This document shows positions 59,570 through 64,000 of a stretch of DNA of 64,000 nt, one piece after another (the stretch's first letter is position 1; every line of letters starts with the position of its first letter). A program made the translations under genes and the position numbers. This DNA comes from Planctomycetota bacterium. Lineage in GTDB: Bacteria > Planctomycetota > Brocadiia > JAADGH01. The stretch lies in NCBI GenBank assembly GCA_040755855.1, contig JBFMAD010000008.1, positions 1-64,000 on the forward strand, read 5' to 3'. Under the pieces are notes generated by a model. The model saw nothing but the letters and a program-made list of their open reading frames with translations, was not told where the DNA came from and searched no databases.

Positions 59570-60979
59570 ATGGTCCTCCCCAGAACCCATCCTGCTGCGG
59601 AGGACACCATCGTTGCCATCTCCTCCCCCGCCGGCTCATCGCCCCGCGCCATCATCCGTCTCAGCGGACCCAGTGCCCTGCGCGCCGCAGGAGATGTGTT
59701 CCACAGCAGCACAAACCGCGCCGTCGCCGCCATGACGACCTACAACTCCGCCGAGGGTCATGTTGCGCTGCCGAACGAGGGAGTTCATGCCCCGGCTGTC
59801 CTCTATGTGATGAAAGCCCCCTGGTCGTACACCCGCGAGGACGTGGTCGAGATTCACACGATCGGCGCAGCGCCCCTTATCGAGATGATCCTTGAGAGCC
59901 TGCTCCGCCGCGGGGCGCGGCTCGCCGAGGCGGGCGAGTTCACCCGCCGCGCCCTCCTCCACGGTCGCATCAACCTCGCCCAGGCCGAGAGCGTTATGGC
60001 CGTCATCCGCGCACGTTCGGAGGCGGAGCTTCGCGCCGCCGTCGTCTGTCTGCGGGGCAAGTGGACCGAGCAGGTCGCGGAGATCCAGTCCCACCTCGCC
60101 GACCTGTGCGCCCGCGTGGAATTGATGATTGACTTCTCCGACCAGGACATTGCCCCCTTCTCCCGCAAACAGTTGCGGGCTGAACTGGACGACGTGAAAA
60201 AGAGGCTTGACGCCTTTTCCGCACAGACGGAAGGCGGCGCGATTCGGACCGATGCGGTATCCACCGTAATCTACGGCCGGCCGAACGTCGGCAAATCCAG
60301 CCTCATGAACGCCCTCGGCGTGAGTCGGCGCGCCATCGTCAGCCCCGCCCCCGGCACGACGCGGGACACGGTGCAGAATCTCGTTGACATCAACGGCGTC
60401 CGCTTCCGGTTCATTGACACTGCCGGGTTGCGGGACGCGACCGACGAAGTCGAGGCCCTCGCCACAGCGCGCGCCCGCGAGGCCGCCCGGACCGCCGATC
60501 TCGGCCTGCTGGTCCTCGACGGCAGCGCGCCCTTGAGTCCCGAGGAGCGCGAGATCGCCGAGCAGGTCTCGCCGCCGACCGTGATTGCCGTCATCAATAA
60601 ATGCGACCTGCCCCAGAAGCTGGGCCTCGCGGAGGTGCGATCCCTGCCGCGGGTAGGAGAGGTCCTCATCACGTCCGCCCTCACGGGCGCGGGCATCGCC
60701 GAGTTGAAGGGGGCAATGGTGAACGCCGTGGCCGCGGGGCGGGTGGATCGCTCCGCCGGCGCGGCTGCTGTCAATGCGCGGCATCGCGATGTGATCCGGC
60801 GGGCCACGGACGCCCTTCGGCGGGCCGAAGATGGCCTGCGCCCGGACGCCGAGCTGGAGCCGGAGTTGACGGCCTTTGAGCTGCGCGACGCCCTCTCGAT
60901 CCTCGGAGAAATCGCAGGGGAAGTGACGCCTGACGACCTGCTGGACCGTATATTTTCGCAATTTTGCATCGGCAAGTAG
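59570..60979 (+). CDS. mnmE: tRNA modification GTPase MnmE
   Basis: DTIVAIS, IIRLSG, SYTREDVVEIH, GEFTRRA, GRPNVGKSS, GTTRD, DTAG, NKCD, C-terminal FCIGK. Confidence 0.95.
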   Translation: MVLPRTHPAAEDTIVAISSPAGSSPRAIIRLSGPSALRAAGDVFHSSTNRAVAAMTTYNSAEGHVALPNEGVHAPAVLYVMKAPWSYTREDVVEIHTIGAAPLIEMILESLLRRGARLAEAGEFTRRALLHGRINLAQAESVMAVIRARSEAELRAAVVCLRGKWTEQVAEIQSHLADLCARVELMIDFSDQDIAPFSRKQLRAELDDVKKRLDAFSAQTEGGAIRTDAVSTVIYGRPNVGKSSLMNALGVSRRAIVSPAPGTTRDTVQNLVDINGVRFRFIDTAGLRDATDEVEALATARAREAARTADLGLLVLDGSAPLSPEEREIAEQVSPPTVIAVINKCDLPQKLGLAEVRSLPRVGEVLITSALTGAGIAELKGAMVNAVAAGRVDRSAGAAAVNARHRDVIRRATDALRRAEDGLRPDAELEPELTAFELRDALSILGEIAGEVTPDDLLDRIFSQFCIGK

Positions 60980-60984
60980 GGCGA

Positions 60985-61806
60985 ATGGAAATCCTGAAAA
61001 CCATCTTCCTCGCCGTCGTTCAGGGCCTCACGGAGTTCCTGCCCGTGAGCAGCTCGGGCCACCTCGTCCTCTTCGGCCGCGCGCTCCATGTGGAGGCCCC
61101 GGGCCTCTTCCTCGACCTGGCCCTTCATGTCGGCACGGTCCTTGCCGTGATGGTTGTCTATCGCCAGGAGATATGGGAGATCGTCCGGGACTTTCTCGCT
61201 CTATTTTTCCGACGGAACTGGCGGGAAAATCCCAACGCACGCTTCGCCGTCGCTATTGTCGTCGGGTCGGTCCCTACGGCAATCATTGGACTTGCCTTCG
61301 AACACGTCATCCAGCGAATGTTCGAGAGACTCGACGTTGTCGGCGCGGGGCTGATCGTCACCGCAGCGGCGCTGTGGCTCACGAAATTCTCCAAAGCGAA
61401 AGAAGGCGGCGCGGGGCGGGTCGGAGTGCTTCAGGCCGTCCTGATCGGCGTCGCCCAGGGCATCGCCGTCATCCCCGGCGTCTCCCGCTCGGGCGCGACG
61501 ATCTCCTGCGGGCTGCTGTTGGGGGTGGATCGCGAGACGGCGGCGCGGTTCTCCTTCCTCCTCTCGATCCCCGCCATCCTCGGTGCGGCGGTGTGGGAAG
61601 CGAGCTGGGCGGCGGCCCAGGAGGCGAGCGGGGCGGCGCGGGATGTGGCGTGGCTGCCGCTGCTCATCGGGATCATGGTCTCGTTCGCGGTGGGGTATCT
61701 GGCCCTCAAACTCCTCCTGCGCTTCGTGAAGCGCGGCAAGCTGCATGTTTTCGCGTACTACTGCCTGCCCGCGGGCCTTCTCGCCCTGGCCCTTTGTATT
61801 GTATAG
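60985..61806 (+). CDS. uppP: Undecaprenyl-diphosphate phosphatase
   Basis: VQGLTEFLPVSSSGHL, PGVSRSGATI, AARFSFLLSIP. Confidence 0.95.
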   Translation: MEILKTIFLAVVQGLTEFLPVSSSGHLVLFGRALHVEAPGLFLDLALHVGTVLAVMVVYRQEIWEIVRDFLALFFRRNWRENPNARFAVAIVVGSVPTAIIGLAFEHVIQRMFERLDVVGAGLIVTAAALWLTKFSKAKEGGAGRVGVLQAVLIGVAQGIAVIPGVSRSGATISCGLLLGVDRETAARFSFLLSIPAILGAAVWEASWAAAQEASGAARDVAWLPLLIGIMVSFAVGYLALKLLLRFVKRGKLHVFAYYCLPAGLLALALCIV

Positions 61807-61864
61807 AACCCATCCGAAGCAAAGATGAAATTCCCCGCGCGCCCATCCGGCGCACGTCCTGTGA

Positions 61865-62374
61865 TTATCGGGGGTTCTTCGGCCTGTCCGCCCGTTCCAT
61901 CAACGCCTTGACCGCCTTGACGGCCTCGTCGTCGGTCTGGCTGAAGACCAGGCGCTTGATGTGTTCGGTGTGCCGGGTCCCGTAGCGATAGACGGGGCAG
62001 ACGCGGCACTTGTCCTTCTCCGGGGCGCAGTGGGGGCTATCGCTCATCCAGCAGGGCCTCGCGCCGTCCTTGAAGGCCGGGCAGGCGTCCCTCTCGCGGG
62101 GGCGAAGCGACGACAGCCGCCAGCAAGGGAGCATGGCCAACAGCCGGCGGACGCCCTCCATGTTCAGGCCGAGGTCCTGGATCATGTGCTGGATGGCGCG
62201 GATGCGCTCGATGTCCTCGATGGAGTACATCCGCCGACCGGAGGAGGTCCGGTGAGGGATGAGGAGGCCCTCGGTCTCGTATTTGCGAATCGCCGAAACG
62301 GACAATCCCACCTTCTCGGCCACGACGCCGATCGGGATGACCGGATCGAGCATGTGATCCATATCTTCCTTCAT
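61865..62374 (-). CDS. MerR-family (HspR-like) regulator with a Cys-rich C-terminal domain
   Basis: IGVVAE...IRKYETEGLLIPHRTSSGRRMYS; CW...CP...PCW...C...CRVCPVY. Confidence 0.85.
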   Translation of the reverse strand: MKEDMDHMLDPVIPIGVVAEKVGLSVSAIRKYETEGLLIPHRTSSGRRMYSIEDIERIRAIQHMIQDLGLNMEGVRRLLAMLPCWRLSSLRPRERDACPAFKDGARPCWMSDSPHCAPEKDKCRVCPVYRYGTRHTEHIKRLVFSQTDDEAVKAVKALMERADRPKNPR

Positions 62375-62435
62375 CGTTCCCGCTCAGACAAACAGGGAAA
62401 CGCTGCGGCAGCGCGGCAGAACGCACTCCTTTATC

Positions 62436-62529
62436 ATGTTACCCGATGTGCACGGGAGGGTCAAGCAATTCCCGGCGGCCTCGGCATTTCCTGCTTTCGG
62501 CTTGACGTGCGCCCGCGGGCCGATATACT
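62436..62529. promoter_or_regulatory. Divergent sigma-70-type promoters
   Basis: Minus: TTGACC-17 nt-TAACAT (62464-62436). Plus: TTGACG-16 nt-TATACT (62502-62529). Confidence 0.5.
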
Positions 62530-62611
62530 TGCCTGCAAGCGGAATTGGATGGCCGGCGAAACTTCGAGATACCGGCACGGAAACGATCATCGTGGAACAG
62601 GGAGAGAGGAA

Positions 62612-64000
62612 ATGAATCGAGGACTCCTGTTGCTTCTCGTGGTTATGCTGGGGTTCGCCGCACAAAGCGATGGACAGGGCAGCCCATACGACAAGGAATT
62701 CCATGTCATCAAGGTCATCTTCCATCTCGTCGGCGAGGGGCCGATCCCGTGGGAGGGGACTGTCGAGGTCAAGGGCGGCGAACTTCTTGACCTGAAGGGC
62801 TGGTGCTTCGACAAGAAGGACGAGACCGACGGCAGCAAGTGGCGCTGCACGGTTGCCGACAAGGTGCAGAAGCCCCCGGCGAAGGGGAAAAGGCGAACGC
62901 TGCAGTTCAGTCAGAGTCTCCTGGATTTCGCCGAGCCGGAGAAGGGCCTCTTCATCACCGTGCGCGGTCCTGAGAGCGCCGTCGTGGGATTGCAGACGAA
63001 CAAGGGAGAGTTCTCGATTGCTCTTTCGGACCTCGCGCCCGGCGTGGACAAGAATCTGGCCGAGGGGCTGATTACCGTCTCGCGCGGGATGCCGTCGGTC
63101 AAGGTCGCGGGCGAGCCGGCCGACGAGGATTACCCCCGCATCACGACCGACGCGCAGGGCAACCTGTGGGTCGCGTGGATTTCGTGGAACCAGGAAAATG
63201 ATGAGGTCCGCGCCCGCCGGTTCGACGGCAAGGCATGGTCGGACCCGATCCAGGTGAGCGACGGCCGCGGGCAAGCGTTCGACGTCCAGATCGCGTGCGA
63301 CAACCAGGGCAAGGTCTGGGTCGTCTGGGCCTGGCTTGATCTTGCGAAGGAGCAGTACGATCTCTTTGCGCGCACGATGGACGGCGACAAGCCGGAGAAG
63401 ATTATCCGCCTGACGAACGACGCGGCCCCCGACATACAGCCGTCAATGGCGACCGGACCCGACGGAACGATCTGGCTGACATGGCAATCTATCCGTGAGG
63501 GAAACTCCGACATCTTCCTGCGAAGCCTGAGGGACGGCAGATGGTCGGACGAAATCCGCGTCACCGACCATCCCGCGAACGATTGGGAACCGGAGATCAC
63601 TGTGGACAAGTCGGGAACGCTCTTCGTCGCGTGGGATACCTACCGGAACGGGAACTACGACATCTATCTGGCATCGTATCGGGATGGAAAGGTCTCGCCG
63701 CCGGTCGCCGTCGCGACCTCGCCCGACTTCGAGGCTCATGCGAGCATCGCCTGCGATGCGAAGGGCCGCGTGTGGGTCGCCTGGGACCACGGCACGCCGA
63801 ACTGGGGGAAGGACTACTCCGGCCATAAGGCCAGCTTCAAACCGCCGGAGGGCTCCGCGCCCATGCATGCCTACAGTCGGATGGGCATGGCCTGCGTGCA
63901 GAATGGAAAGGTGTTCGATCTCTCCGCCGCGATCCCGCAGCCGATGACGCCGATCACGGCTGAAATGGTGGTCTATGAAACGCTCGGTCCCAAGCGGTTC
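62612..64000 (+). CDS. Secreted beta-propeller-like repeat protein (partial, runs off right edge)
   Basis: GAGAGG RBS; MNRGLLLLLVVMLGFAA signal peptide; repeated P-x-I-x-x-D-x-x-G-x-x-W-V-x-W blades. No stop seen before the window end, which explains its absence from the ORF track. Confidence 0.8.
   Translation, partial: MNRGLLLLLVVMLGFAAQSDGQGSPYDKEFHVIKVIFHLVGEGPIPWEGTVEVKGGELLDLKGWCFDKKDETDGSKWRCTVADKVQKPPAKGKRRTLQFSQSLLDFAEPEKGLFITVRGPESAVVGLQTNKGEFSIALSDLAPGVDKNLAEGLITVSRGMPSVKVAGEPADEDYPRITTDAQGNLWVAWISWNQENDEVRARRFDGKAWSDPIQVSDGRGQAFDVQIACDNQGKVWVVWAWLDLAKEQYDLFARTMDGDKPEKIIRLTNDAAPDIQPSMATGPDGTIWLTWQSIREGNSDIFLRSLRDGRWSDEIRVTDHPANDWEPEITVDKSGTLFVAWDTYRNGNYDIYLASYRDGKVSPPVAVATSPDFEAHASIACDAKGRVWVAWDHGTPNWGKDYSGHKASFKPPEGSAPMHAYSRMGMACVQNGKVFDLSAAIPQPMTPITAEMVVYETLGPKRF

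Noticed and set aside
57676..61806. oriC near yidC/mnmE
   Set aside because: No DnaA-box cluster and no dnaA/rpmH seen in the window.

Overview
GC-rich bacterial window, probably from a Planctomycetota/PVC genome. This is inferred from an HzsA-related protein, a DUF4838-type protein, a Tat-exported sulfatase, a zinc-ribbon/ankyrin protein and a prepilin. The first 21.2 kb is the 3' part of one giant (>7,060 aa, open at the left edge) Gly/Ile/Asp/Asn/Thr-rich beta-helix-like repeat protein. It is built from shuffled, duplicated modules and ends at a bidirectional terminator. The middle holds an HzsA-like/multiheme cytochrome c fusion (6 CxxCH), many carbohydrate and amide catabolic enzymes (GH20-like, GH84-like, DUF4838, tandem polysaccharide deacetylase, sulfatase, four sugar-phosphate isomerase TIM barrels, amidohydrolases) and a lower-GC DUF2726 gene. 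It also has signalling genes (FHA-GAF-PP2C, PAS histidine kinase), a radical SAM gene and a type IV pilin-like gene with a sigma-54-type promoter. The right end has yidC-mnmE-uppP, a Cys-rich MerR and a truncated secreted protein missing from the ORF track. Non-coding highlights are a structured leader with an intrinsic terminator before the histidine kinase (candidate attenuator or sRNA), a 154-bp MITE-like element with perfect 24-bp terminal inverted repeats, and heptamer repeats entangled with genes. There is also a strong apparent depletion of RTCGAY. No rRNA, tRNA, CRISPR array or transposase was recognised. All family calls come from motif recognition by eye; no database search was run.
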